From a virus: a DNA stretch of 64,000 nt. The stretch covers positions 4,499-68,498 of IMG/VR virus record IMGVR_UViG_3300005529_000005. One strand, 5' to 3'. Position numbers and translations under genes: made by a program. Below, one piece after another: positions 28,465 to 37,158 of this stretch. Under the pieces are notes generated by a model that made no database searches, was not told where the DNA came from, and saw nothing but the letters and a program-made list of their open reading frames with translations. Positions within the stretch are counted from its first letter, which is position 1. Every line of letters starts with the position of its first letter.

Positions 28465-29298
28465 GGGTCTCTCCTCTCGTTGAGCTTCAGGTTCTCGCAG
28501 GCCCCGGCGTCGGCCGGGAAGATCCTGCCGTCCCTCCCGCGCGTGTAGACGCACACGCGGGAGCCGTTTCGCACGACGTGGACTCGCTCGGACCTCGACG
28601 GGCCGCCGAGGAGCGTGAACGCCACGGCGATCTCCAGGAGGACGATCAGGAGAAAGGCGCGCATGTCCGCTCCTTCCTGACCAGTCGCCACCGGGTCCTA
28701 CGAGCGCCGAACGGCCACCACCAGCGGAGCCGCTCGCGGAGCCACGCCGACTCGCCAGCGTCAACGAGGGCGAGCTCGCGCCCCCGGTGGTCGAGGACGC
28801 GGACGGGGTTCTCCTGAGGGGTGATGATCGCCATGCCCGCCCCCATCGGCAGCGGGAGGGTGACGGTGGACGCGCCGCCGCTCTGAACGAGGCGATAGGG
28901 TCCGTCGCTCTTCATTGCTTGCGCGCCTCCAGCATCGCGTCCGCCATCTCGTAGGCAAGGCTGGCGGCCACCTTCGCGATCGAGGTCCCCGGCGCCGCGT
29001 AGGTGCCGCGGTCAGCCAGCGAACGAAGGTGCGTCACGGCTACCGGGAGAGCCTCGGCGGCGAAGTAGTCGCGGAGCGTCGCCTCCGACGCCCATCCTCC
29101 TGCCCCCGCGACTCCCTTCGGAATGTCGGGAGCGCGGTACGGGCAGAACGACATCTGACAGTCCGTCTCGGCCTCGGAGTGGCACACGGGACAATTCCCA
29201 GGTGGCCGCGCGGCGCCGGCCACCCTGAGCGGGCAGTTGTCAGCGTCTCGGCAGTGCGCCGCGTCGAAGCATCCGTTGACGCATTTGATGGGTGCCAT
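28461..29298 (-). other. Three small ORFs (28461..28664; 28646..28915; 28912..29298 with Cys-rich N-terminus and TLRDYFAA...AYEMADAML phage motif)
   Basis: Coupled ORFs; the TLRDYFAA motif is a widespread phage protein module. Confidence 0.55.
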
Positions 29299-30230
29299 CA
29301 CAGCACCCGCGACTTCGGCCGGCGCCCGATGCTCGCGCCCGCCATCGGCGTCTTCCAGTCGGTCGCCTTCGCGTAGGCGTTGACGGCCTTCTGGATCGCG
29401 TCGAGGCTCAGGAGCGGCCAGAGCTTGGCCTTGTCGAGGAGGTCCCGGTCGGTGATCTCCGCGTAGGTCTCCGTCGCCACCGTGCTCGTGATGCCGCCCT
29501 CGTGCCGGGTCCGCATGATGTCGGCGGGCCGGGCGAGCGTCGCGATGTGGGTCTCGACCGCCTTCCCCGCCGTGACCGTCGCCTCGACCTTCGCGGCGTC
29601 GGCCTGGCGCTCGGCGGTGTCCGCGACCTCCGCCTTCGCCTGCTGCTGCTCCGGCTTGCGCGCGCGCTCGGCGGCGAGGCGCGCCGCCTCGGCTTCCTCT
29701 TCCGCCTTGCGGCGCGCGGCCTCCGCCTCCTCGGCCACGCGCCGCGCCTCCGCCGCGGCGCGATCGCGGGCGGCCTGCTCCTCCGCAAGCTTGCGCGTGT
29801 CGTAGTCGGTAAGCTTGGCGTTCAGCACGTCGGCGGCGCCCGGCTTGGCCTTCCTGTCCCGCCGGAGGCACTGGTCGATCAGGCCGAAGAAGAAGCTGTC
29901 CACGGCGCGCCCGCCGTCGAGGTAGGGCGTCTTCTCCTTCCCGTGGAATCCCTCCAGCGTCTTCGAGGCGTCCCGGAAGCGGCGGATCAGCCCGACGACC
30001 TGGGTCTTCATCGCGTCGTCCGCGATGTCGCGGAGCGCGCCCGTCTCCGGGTCACGCATCAGCGTCGTAGCCTCCGCGAGGAGCGCCCTCACCTTCTCGG
30101 GCCATTGCGCGTACTCCTCCTCGAGGAACGCGGTGACGACGCCGGCGAACTCGCCGCCCTCCGTGGAGATCAGCCGGCCGAGCGGCGGGTTGTTGCCGCC
30201 GATGGCCTCGCGCGGGTTCTGGTCGGTCAT
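29298..30230 (-). CDS. Coiled-coil phage protein (possibly Gam/Gp157-like DNA-end-binding)
   Basis: IGGNNPP N-terminus, long Ala/Glu/Arg coil, AIQKAVNAYAKA...GASIG C-terminus; upstream of ERF/exonuclease. Confidence 0.5.
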   Translation of the reverse strand: MTDQNPREAIGGNNPPLGRLISTEGGEFAGVVTAFLEEEYAQWPEKVRALLAEATTLMRDPETGALRDIADDAMKTQVVGLIRRFRDASKTLEGFHGKEKTPYLDGGRAVDSFFFGLIDQCLRRDRKAKPGAADVLNAKLTDYDTRKLAEEQAARDRAAAEARRVAEEAEAARRKAEEEAEAARLAAERARKPEQQQAKAEVADTAERQADAAKVEATVTAGKAVETHIATLARPADIMRTRHEGGITSTVATETYAEITDRDLLDKAKLWPLLSLDAIQKAVNAYAKATDWKTPMAGASIGRRPKSRVL

Positions 30231-30241
30231 GACGTGGCTCC

Positions 30242-30682
30242 TCAGAAAGGGGTTTCTTCGTCAGGGGCGGCGGCCGACGGCACGTCGAGTCCCTGAGCCT
30301 TGACCAGCTCCTCCGTCGTCATCGCGGCCGGGAACGGCGGCGCCGGCGGCGGCTCGGCCGCGGGCTCCTCGTACGCTTCGAGGACGAGCGAGTCGAAGGT
30401 CACCATCGCTCCGCTCTTGGTCTTCACCCAGACCTTGTCCTCGTAGGCGGCGACGACCTCTCCGAAGTCATCATAGTCGTGGACGTTCCTGACCACGTCG
30501 CCGGGCTCCCACTGACGGCGGTGGACGCCGACGATCTCGGAGAACTCGACGATCGGGGAGGCGTGAGCGCCCACGATCTCGAACGACATGTAGGTGTCTT
30601 CTGGCCTGGCGGTCCGCTTCGCGACCGCGTGAAGGATGACGACGTCACCCTTCCGGATTTGATAGTTCTGGGGAAGGCTCAC
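30242..30682 (-). CDS. Hypothetical protein (two SH3-like repeats)
   Basis: IRKGDVVIL and WEPGDVVRN modules; first gene of the leftward arm. Confidence 0.6.
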   Translation of the reverse strand: MSLPQNYQIRKGDVVILHAVAKRTARPEDTYMSFEIVGAHASPIVEFSEIVGVHRRQWEPGDVVRNVHDYDDFGEVVAAYEDKVWVKTKSGAMVTFDSLVLEAYEEPAAEPPPAPPFPAAMTTEELVKAQGLDVPSAAAPDEETPF

Positions 30683-30840
30683 CGCTCCGATCTCCTCTGT
30701 TGCTCAGGACGACCGGCGGGGCCGGACCGCGGGCGCGGTCCGATCATCCGCCGCCCCTGATTCGGTTGCGACGCCCGCCCAGGGTAGAGAAATTCCTCCC
30801 CGCTTGTAAGAGGGGTGGGGACAATGTTATCAGCGGTGAC
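30683..30840. promoter_or_regulatory. Divergent early control region
   Basis: Strand switch point; GGACCGC-GGGC-GCGGTCC inverted repeat (30724-30741); TTGTAA-N18-TATCAG possible sigma70 promoter just before the ATG at 30841, with no SD. Confidence 0.5.
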
Positions 30841-31101
30841 ATGATCGAGAACGTGATGCGTGCAAATCTCCGGAGCATCGTCGCGGCGTACCGCGCGGCG
30901 ACGGGCTCGACGCTCGCCCAGGTGAGCAAGCGGTTCTACGGAAACGCCGGATTCCTCGGCTCCTTCTTCTCCGGCAAGGGGAGCGTCTCGCTCCAGAAGC
31001 TCGACGCGATGCTCGCCGCCATCACGTCGGAATGGCCTCCCGGGGCCGAGTGGCCCTACTGCCGCGCCGTCATCATAAAACCTCCGCGCCGTCGGCGGTG
31101 A
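30841..31101 (+). CDS. Cro-like HTH regulator
   Basis: TLAQVSKRFYGNAGFL...SVSLQKLD and WPPGAEWP, typical of alphaproteobacterial phage Cro-like proteins; first rightward gene. Confidence 0.7.
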   Translation: MIENVMRANLRSIVAAYRAATGSTLAQVSKRFYGNAGFLGSFFSGKGSVSLQKLDAMLAAITSEWPPGAEWPYCRAVIIKPPRRRR

Positions 31102-31171
31102 TTTCTCTCCCCAACCTTTCGCGACGCGACTCTTGTGCACCGATTCTCGAATCGTCTATGCGTCTCTCGCT

Positions 31172-31378
31172 ATGGCGATTCGCGTCTCAGGCATCGACGA
31201 TCTCCCGCTGGACCCCGCTACCGCGGCGTGGCTCTGCGCGATGTCGCTCGCCACCGGGGACACGGTCGGTCACCTGATCGCCTCGATGCTTCGCGACATT
31301 CGCGAGGACGACGAGGCGTCCCACCGCTTTGAACCCGTCGTCATCATCGGAGGCCGTTATGGCGAAGAAAGACAGTGA
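31172..31378 (+). CDS. Hypothetical protein
   Basis: LDPATAAWL...ASMLRDIREDDEASH. Confidence 0.55.
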   Translation: MAIRVSGIDDLPLDPATAAWLCAMSLATGDTVGHLIASMLRDIREDDEASHRFEPVVIIGGRYGEERQ

Positions 31379-31760
31379 AGCCGTGAAGCCGTCGGAGGTC
31401 TCTCAGCAGACCCCGAAGGGCAAGCTGAAGACGCTGATGTCGGCGGCGCGCAGCGCGTACAAGGACGCGCGCGCGATCGCCGGCGGGTACGGCGAGAAGG
31501 TCGCGCAGCTGGTCGAGCACGAGCACCTTCACAAGAAGGCGTGGGCCTCGGTCGTCGCGGAGGACCGGATGACCCCGGAGAAGCTCGCCGAGTTCTACGA
31601 CACGCAAGCGTACTACCGCGACGTGCTCGGCCTGAACGAGCGCGCGGAGTCGGCGCCCAAGCTCCGCCTGGAGCCCGACAAGGAGGACGCGGAGGACGAC
31701 GGCGAGGAGAAGAAGACCGGCACGGTCTCGCCGTTCCCCGCCCCGGCGACGCGGCAGTAG
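31359..31760 (+). CDS. Helical DNA-binding protein, possibly GapR/DUF2312-like
   Basis: GGAGG RBS; helical core ending YYRDVLGL and an acidic tail. Confidence 0.45.
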   Translation: MAKKDSEAVKPSEVSQQTPKGKLKTLMSAARSAYKDARAIAGGYGEKVAQLVEHEHLHKKAWASVVAEDRMTPEKLAEFYDTQAYYRDVLGLNERAESAPKLRLEPDKEDAEDDGEEKKTGTVSPFPAPATRQ

Positions 31761-31763
31761 GTC

Positions 31764-32294
31764 GTGATCATCCTCGGCATCGATCCCGGTCTCAGCGGCG
31801 GCCTCGCGCTCGTGCGCGTGGACGTCGCCGGCGGGATCGACCTGTTGGCGGCGGTCGACGTCCCCACCACCGGGGAGAAGGCGAAGCGGCGGGTGGACGT
31901 GCCGCGCGTCCTCGAGTTCGTCCGGTCCCCGGGGCGGACGCCCGACCACGGCTTCATCGAGCGGGCTCAGGCGATGCCAGACCAGGGATCCTCGTCGGGG
32001 TTCGTCTACGGCCGCGCGGTCGGCGCGCTGGAGGCGTGCGTCGAGGGCCTGATGGTCCCGCACACGGTGATCGAGACGACGGCGTGGAAGAAGGCGCACG
32101 GGTTGATCAAGCGCGAGAAGGAGGACAGCCGCCAGCGCGCGATCAAGCTCTTCCCGCGCTTCCGCGGCTTCGAGCGCAAGCGCGACCACAACCGCGCGGA
32201 GGCGGCGCTGATCGCCTGGTTCGGCGCGATGCTCCTCCGCAGCGGCGCGGTCAAACGCGCGAGCGAGGCGGAGCGGGAAGCGACCTTGGTATGA
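31764..32294 (+). CDS. RuvC-like Holliday junction resolvase
   Basis: ILGIDPGLSGGLA, FIERAQAMP, WKKAHGL, DHNRAEAALIA. Confidence 0.9.
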   Translation: MIILGIDPGLSGGLALVRVDVAGGIDLLAAVDVPTTGEKAKRRVDVPRVLEFVRSPGRTPDHGFIERAQAMPDQGSSSGFVYGRAVGALEACVEGLMVPHTVIETTAWKKAHGLIKREKEDSRQRAIKLFPRFRGFERKRDHNRAEAALIAWFGAMLLRSGAVKRASEAEREATLV

Positions 32295-32425
32295 CGCGCG
32301 AGGTCTCCCAACGCGAAACGTGCGCGCGAGGGCTGGCGGTCGGCCTCGTCGTCGGGTTCTTCGTAGGCCCGGTCTACTTCAAGTGGGTGTATCCCTTCCT
32401 CTATCACCTATTCCTCCCGCAATGA
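32291..32425 (+). CDS. Small membrane peptide
   Basis: 44 aa, one TM segment; ATGA overlaps at both ends. Confidence 0.45.
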   Translation: MTREVSQRETCARGLAVGLVVGFFVGPVYFKWVYPFLYHLFLPQ

Positions 32426-33771
32426 CCGGCGGCGGTCTCCGCTCGATCCGCCCCCTGAAGGCGGAGTCGCTGCGCGGCGTTCAGCCCGCCGAGGTCGGTC
32501 GCGTGCGGCCGAAGTTCGAGTGGGTCGACCCGACGACGCTGTTCGTCGAGGAGGACTACCAGCGTGAGATCGCGGAAAGCGGCACCGCGCTGATTCGGAA
32601 GATCGTCGGCGGGTTCAGCTGGGCCCGGTTCAAGACGCCCATCTGCGTCCGCCTCCCGGACTCGGGGAACATCCTCGTCTGCATCGACGGTCAGCACACG
32701 GCGACGGCGGCCGCGACGCACCCGGACATCGACAAGATCCCGGTGATGGTGGTCTCGGCGGACGACGCCAAGGCGCGCGCCTCCTCCTTCGTCGGCCACA
32801 ACCGGGAACGGCTCGCGCTGACGGCGCCGATGATCTACCGCGCCGAGCTCGCCGCCGGGGAGCCTCTCGCGCTCACCGTCGCGCGAGCGTGCAAGGCCGC
32901 CGGCGCGACGGTGTTGCCGACGTCTATCAGCCTCAACCGGGCGACGGAGGTCGGCGCCACGATCGCGGTCGGCGCGCTCAAGGCCATCGTGAAGACCGAC
33001 GGGGAGGACGGGCTCGTGCGCGTTCTCCGCGTGCTCGTCGCGGCGAAGCGCGGCCCGATGAAGGCCGGAGAGATCACGGCGGCCGGCCTGGTCCTGAGGT
33101 CCTTCAATCCCGACTCCGGGATGGACGACGCGCTCTCCGCCGTGATCTCGAGCAAGACGGCGGAGAGTTGGGCGGCGATCGCGGCGACGGCCGTCGCGGA
33201 GAGCGGCGTGACCTCCACCGACGCGACGGCCTCGGCGTGGCTGCGGGCGCTGAACGTGCGCGCGCCTGTGAAGGAGAAGTCGCGCTTTGACAAGCCAGAA
33301 GCCGAATCCGTCAAGCGGGAACCGGAACCTGTAAAGCCCCCGCCCCGACCGGCGCCAAGCGTCCCGCCCCGAGCGGCGTCCCCTGCCAAGCCCGCTGCCC
33401 CTTCTCCCGTCAGCGCAAGCGCGCCGGCGAGACCGCCGCCCCAGGTCAAGCAGGCTCCTCAGGACGCGGTCGGCGAGACGATCGTTCGCAACGGCGTCAC
33501 GCTCTGGCCAGGCGGACGCCTGGTCCACCGCGGCGCGGAGGTCAGGCTCGGGCCCGAGGAGGCGAACTTCGTGACGATGCTGCTGCGCGTGATGCCCGCC
33601 ATCCTCGGCGGCGACCGGATCGCGGCGAAGGTCTACCCGGGCCGCTCGGCGGGTCAGGATCTTCTTCGCGGGCTTCTGCCCGACCTTCAGGCGACGCTCG
33701 CCCGCGCGCGCCTGACCATAAAGGTCGTGACCAAGATCGGCTACACGCTCTTCGACCTCGGGCCCACGTAG
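32422..33771 (+). CDS. ParB-like (DUF6551-like) domain protein with Pro-rich linker and C-terminal winged helix
   Basis: LFVEEDYQR...FSWARF...VCIDGQHTATAA ParB core; C-terminal DLLRGLLPDLQATL...IKVVTKIGYTL resembles an OmpR-type wHTH. Confidence 0.75.
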   Translation: MTGGGLRSIRPLKAESLRGVQPAEVGRVRPKFEWVDPTTLFVEEDYQREIAESGTALIRKIVGGFSWARFKTPICVRLPDSGNILVCIDGQHTATAAATHPDIDKIPVMVVSADDAKARASSFVGHNRERLALTAPMIYRAELAAGEPLALTVARACKAAGATVLPTSISLNRATEVGATIAVGALKAIVKTDGEDGLVRVLRVLVAAKRGPMKAGEITAAGLVLRSFNPDSGMDDALSAVISSKTAESWAAIAATAVAESGVTSTDATASAWLRALNVRAPVKEKSRFDKPEAESVKREPEPVKPPPRPAPSVPPRAASPAKPAAPSPVSASAPARPPPQVKQAPQDAVGETIVRNGVTLWPGGRLVHRGAEVRLGPEEANFVTMLLRVMPAILGGDRIAAKVYPGRSAGQDLLRGLLPDLQATLARARLTIKVVTKIGYTLFDLGPT

Positions 33772-33860
33772 CGGGGATTGCGGGGACCGCTCGGTCGGCG
33801 GAGTGGACGCGCGCGACCGTCCACGGTAGCCGTCGGCGAGAACAGGGAATCGATTCGCCG

Positions 33861-34511
33861 ATGCAGAAGGTCGCTCCGAAGCGGAACGTCCGCCAGCGGA
33901 TGAACGGCCGCGCGCTCCTTCGCGCGCTCCCCGACCGCTGCGCCGCGCTCGCGATCGTGGACCCGCAGTATCGCGCCGTCCTCGACCGTCAGGCCTACGG
34001 GAACGAGGGCGCGCGGCAGAAGGGGCGCGCGGCCCTCCCCCAGATGACCGACGCCGACGTCGCCGGGATGGTCGAGGAGGTCGAGCGCGTCCTGAGGCCG
34101 AGCGGTCACCTCGCGCTCTGGATCGACAAGTTCACCCTCGCGACCTGCCACTACCGGGCGTGGCTCGCGCGCACGGAGAGCCTCGCGGTCGTCGACCTGA
34201 TCACCTGGAACAAGCTGCGGATCGGGATGGGGCGACGCGCGCGCTGCGTCGCGGAGTTCGTGGTGATCGTCCAGAAGGACCCGATCCGCGCGAAGGGCGT
34301 CTGGGGCGACCGCGCGATCCCCGACTGCTGGCCGGAGTATCAGGACCGCTCCGTCCACCCGCACGCGAAGCCGCGCCAGCTCACGGAGCGCCTCGTGCGC
34401 GCCGTCACGCGGCGCGGGGACCTCGTCGTCGACCCCTGCGCCGGCGGCTACGGGGTCCTGGACGTCTGCCGCGACACCGGCCGAGACTTCGTGGGGTGCG
34501 ACCTCCTATGA
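33861..34511 (+). CDS. Amino-DNA methyltransferase, beta class (N4-C/N6-A), atypical motifs
   Basis: IVDPQY (motif IV), HPHAKPRQLTERLV, VVDPCAGGYG (motif I), FVGCDL. Confidence 0.8.
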   Translation: MQKVAPKRNVRQRMNGRALLRALPDRCAALAIVDPQYRAVLDRQAYGNEGARQKGRAALPQMTDADVAGMVEEVERVLRPSGHLALWIDKFTLATCHYRAWLARTESLAVVDLITWNKLRIGMGRRARCVAEFVVIVQKDPIRAKGVWGDRAIPDCWPEYQDRSVHPHAKPRQLTERLVRAVTRRGDLVVDPCAGGYGVLDVCRDTGRDFVGCDLL

Positions 34512-34717
34512 CCCGCTCTGTACTGATCGACGAAATGAAGGAAGGCTACCGGGACGGGCTCGACCCCGATTCGCCCGAGCCGTCGGCGAACCGCTCCGCG
34601 AGCTACCGTCACGGCTTCCAGGTCGGCCGCAACGACCGCGCGGGCGTCCCCGGGAAGGGCGCCGCGCGCAACCTCGTCGACGCGACCCGCGCGCTCCAGG
34701 AGGACGAGAAGCAATGA
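34508..34717 (+). CDS. Hypothetical protein
   Basis: EGYRDG...NRSASYRHGF..GRND; coupled ORF. Confidence 0.55.
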   Translation: MTRSVLIDEMKEGYRDGLDPDSPEPSANRSASYRHGFQVGRNDRAGVPGKGAARNLVDATRALQEDEKQ

Positions 34718-35541
34718 GCGATCCGCGCCCGATGCCGCTCGACACGTCCGCCTACCTCTCCGACACGGGGCACCTCTCGACGATCGAGCACGGCGCCTAT
34801 CTCCTGATCCTCATGGCGCTGTGGCGCTCACGGGACGGCTCCCTCGACGGCAGCGACCAGTATCTCGCGCGCGTGACGCGGATGACGATCGGGCGCTGGA
34901 AGCGAGTCGCGACCACGATTCGCGCGCTCCTCCTGACGAAGGACGGACGGGTCAGCCAGAAGCGTGTCAACCGCGATCGCGACCGCTTAGCCCCCGGTTC
35001 GGAATCCAACTCCGATCAAAAAAGGAGTCCGGGTGAGAATCCGAACCGCGAGGCTAAGCCGTTGAAAAATAATAGGGCGCCTCCCAAACAGGCGCCGCCG
35101 GGCGGAGTCGGCTCTTTCTCTCTTGAAGGGGAGAAGGATTCGAATCCCTCAGTTGATCGAAGAAAGACAAAGGGCCGAATCCTCCCGCCGGACTGGCGGC
35201 CGCGAGACCAGGAGCGGCTCTACGGGCGGACCGTCCTTCACCTGACCGACGGCCAGGTCGACGCGGCGGCCGAGAAGATGCGGCGGTGGGCGGTCTCGAA
35301 CCAGCACCGCGCGGTAGCCCGAAAATCAGACTGGGACATGACCTTCCGCAACTGGCTAGACTCGGAGTCGGAGCGTAGGTCGGCCCACCCCAACGCCCCG
35401 CCGCCGGGCAAGTCCGGCGGGGGAGGCTTCGCCGCAGTTTTCGAGGAGATGCGAGAGACGAACCTCGCGAGACAGGAGGACCACCATGACGACCGCGATG
35501 ACGCTGAGCCCGCCCGCCTCATCCCCGCCCGCCGCGCCTGA
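34714..35541 (+). CDS. Replication initiator, DUF1376/YdaU family
   Basis: MPLDTSAYLSDTGHLSTIEHGAYLLILMALW; C-terminal KSDWDMTFRNW. Confidence 0.85.
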   Translation: MSDPRPMPLDTSAYLSDTGHLSTIEHGAYLLILMALWRSRDGSLDGSDQYLARVTRMTIGRWKRVATTIRALLLTKDGRVSQKRVNRDRDRLAPGSESNSDQKRSPGENPNREAKPLKNNRAPPKQAPPGGVGSFSLEGEKDSNPSVDRRKTKGRILPPDWRPRDQERLYGRTVLHLTDGQVDAAAEKMRRWAVSNQHRAVARKSDWDMTFRNWLDSESERRSAHPNAPPPGKSGGGGFAAVFEEMRETNLARQEDHHDDRDDAEPARLIPARRA

Positions 35542-36364
35542 GGCCGTCGCGCGCGCGCTGACCGCGCTCACGGGGGAGCGCGATCGCGCCGGCGTCCCGA
35601 TCGCCAAGCGCGCGCTGACGGAGCCGGAGAAGGCGCTCCTGAAGCTCCGGCTGAACGACCTGCGGCCGTTCGTCGACCCCGCGAGCATCGACCGCAAGGC
35701 GCAGGAGATCACCGCGATGCTGATGGGCTTCGGCGGCCAGTCGCTCACGGCGGAACAGGCGCGGCTGACGGCGGCGCAGTACGCGCGGACGTGCGCGGAC
35801 CTCCCGCTGTGGGCGGTCTCTCGCGCGTGCCACCGGTTCGCGGCCGGGCAGGTGAAGCCGGAGGAGATCGACGAGGAGAGGATCAGCCTGACGTTCCGGC
35901 CGACGACGGCGCAGCTCTACCAGGTCGCGGCCGCGATCGCGAAGCCCGTCCTTGAGGAGCGGTTCCGGATCAGCGCGGTGCTGCGCGCGACGGTGCTCCT
36001 GCCGAGGAGGGAGCCGACCGAGGAGGAGAAGGCGGCGGTCGCGGAGAAGATACGGGACCTCACCGCGAGGCTCGGCGCGGGGAACGCGGAGAGGGACGCG
36101 GAGCGCACGGGGCGCCTGATGGTCGCGGCGCGGGAGAGCCGCCAGCAGAACGCGCGCCTGATCGAGCGGGAGTACCGCGCGGCGGGGCTCGAGCCTCCCC
36201 CGTGGGTAGGCGACATGCCGCCGGCGTCGCTCTCGTTGATGCTGAGCGTGGGCTACCGGATCGAGGAGGACGCGCGCGGGAAGAAGATGCTGGTCAGACC
36301 CGCGCCGCCCCCGCCGGCCGAGCGCAGGAAGCGCGCCGAGCTCGACGACGAGATTCCGTTCTGA
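35486..36364 (+). CDS. Replication protein (helicase-loader-like)
   Basis: Follows the initiator; ADLPLWAVSRAC...FRPTTAQL; ends DDEIPF. Confidence 0.6.
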   Translation: MTTAMTLSPPASSPPAAPEAVARALTALTGERDRAGVPIAKRALTEPEKALLKLRLNDLRPFVDPASIDRKAQEITAMLMGFGGQSLTAEQARLTAAQYARTCADLPLWAVSRACHRFAAGQVKPEEIDEERISLTFRPTTAQLYQVAAAIAKPVLEERFRISAVLRATVLLPRREPTEEEKAAVAEKIRDLTARLGAGNAERDAERTGRLMVAARESRQQNARLIEREYRAAGLEPPPWVGDMPPASLSLMLSVGYRIEEDARGKKMLVRPAPPPPAERRKRAELDDEIPF

Positions 36365-36396
36365 CCACCGAAAGTTTTGCAACAGGGAGAAGACCT

Positions 36397-37158
36397 ATGA
36401 GAGTAGCCGACCACGTCCTGAAGGTTTTGAGCGCCAGCGCCTTCGACGGCGACAAGCTCGTCCTGCCGCCCCGCCAGCTGGACCGCGACGTCTATCTAGA
36501 GGTCGCCAAGGTGATCGAGGCCGCCGGCGGCAAGTGGAATCGGAAGGCGAAGGCCCACGTCTTCGACGGCTCCGCCGAGGACGCGATCGAGCCGGTCATG
36601 CTGACGGGAGAGGTCACCAGGGTTCAGCAGGAGTTCGGGTTCTTCGAGAGCACGGCCGCCGTGGTCGCGCGGATCATGGCGCTCGCCCACCGGATCGAGC
36701 CGGGCATGCGCATCCTGGAGCCGTCGGCCGGCCGCGGCGCGATCGCGGTCCCGTTGATGAAGGCGGGGGCGGAGGTCCACACGTGGGAGATCCTGCCGAA
36801 GAACGCGGAGACGCTGCGCGCGGCGGGCCTGAGGCACGTCCACGTCGGAGACTTCCTCGCGAGCGACCCAGTCCCCGGGTTCTACCACCAGGTCTTGATG
36901 AACCCGCCGTTCGGCCGGCGCGCCGACGTCGACCACGTCCTCCACGCGGCGCGCAGTCTCAGGAGCGGCGGGACGCTGGTGTCCGTCATGTCGGCCGGCG
37001 TGACGTTTCGCCAGGACCGGAAGACGCTGTCCTTCCACGATCAGGTCAGGCGCATGTCGCTCGGCGTCCACGTCGAGCCGCTGCCGCCGCTGTCCTTCCG
37101 GGAGTCCGGGACCGACGTGAACGCCGTCCTGATCGCCTTCACGCTGGTGGCGCAGTGA
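36397..37158 (+). CDS. Class I SAM-dependent methyltransferase (gamma-type N6-adenine MTase-like)
   Basis: FFEST, ILEPSAGRGAI (motif I), MNPPF (motif IV), FRESGTDV. Confidence 0.85.
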   Translation: MRVADHVLKVLSASAFDGDKLVLPPRQLDRDVYLEVAKVIEAAGGKWNRKAKAHVFDGSAEDAIEPVMLTGEVTRVQQEFGFFESTAAVVARIMALAHRIEPGMRILEPSAGRGAIAVPLMKAGAEVHTWEILPKNAETLRAAGLRHVHVGDFLASDPVPGFYHQVLMNPPFGRRADVDHVLHAARSLRSGGTLVSVMSAGVTFRQDRKTLSFHDQVRRMSLGVHVEPLPPLSFRESGTDVNAVLIAFTLVAQ

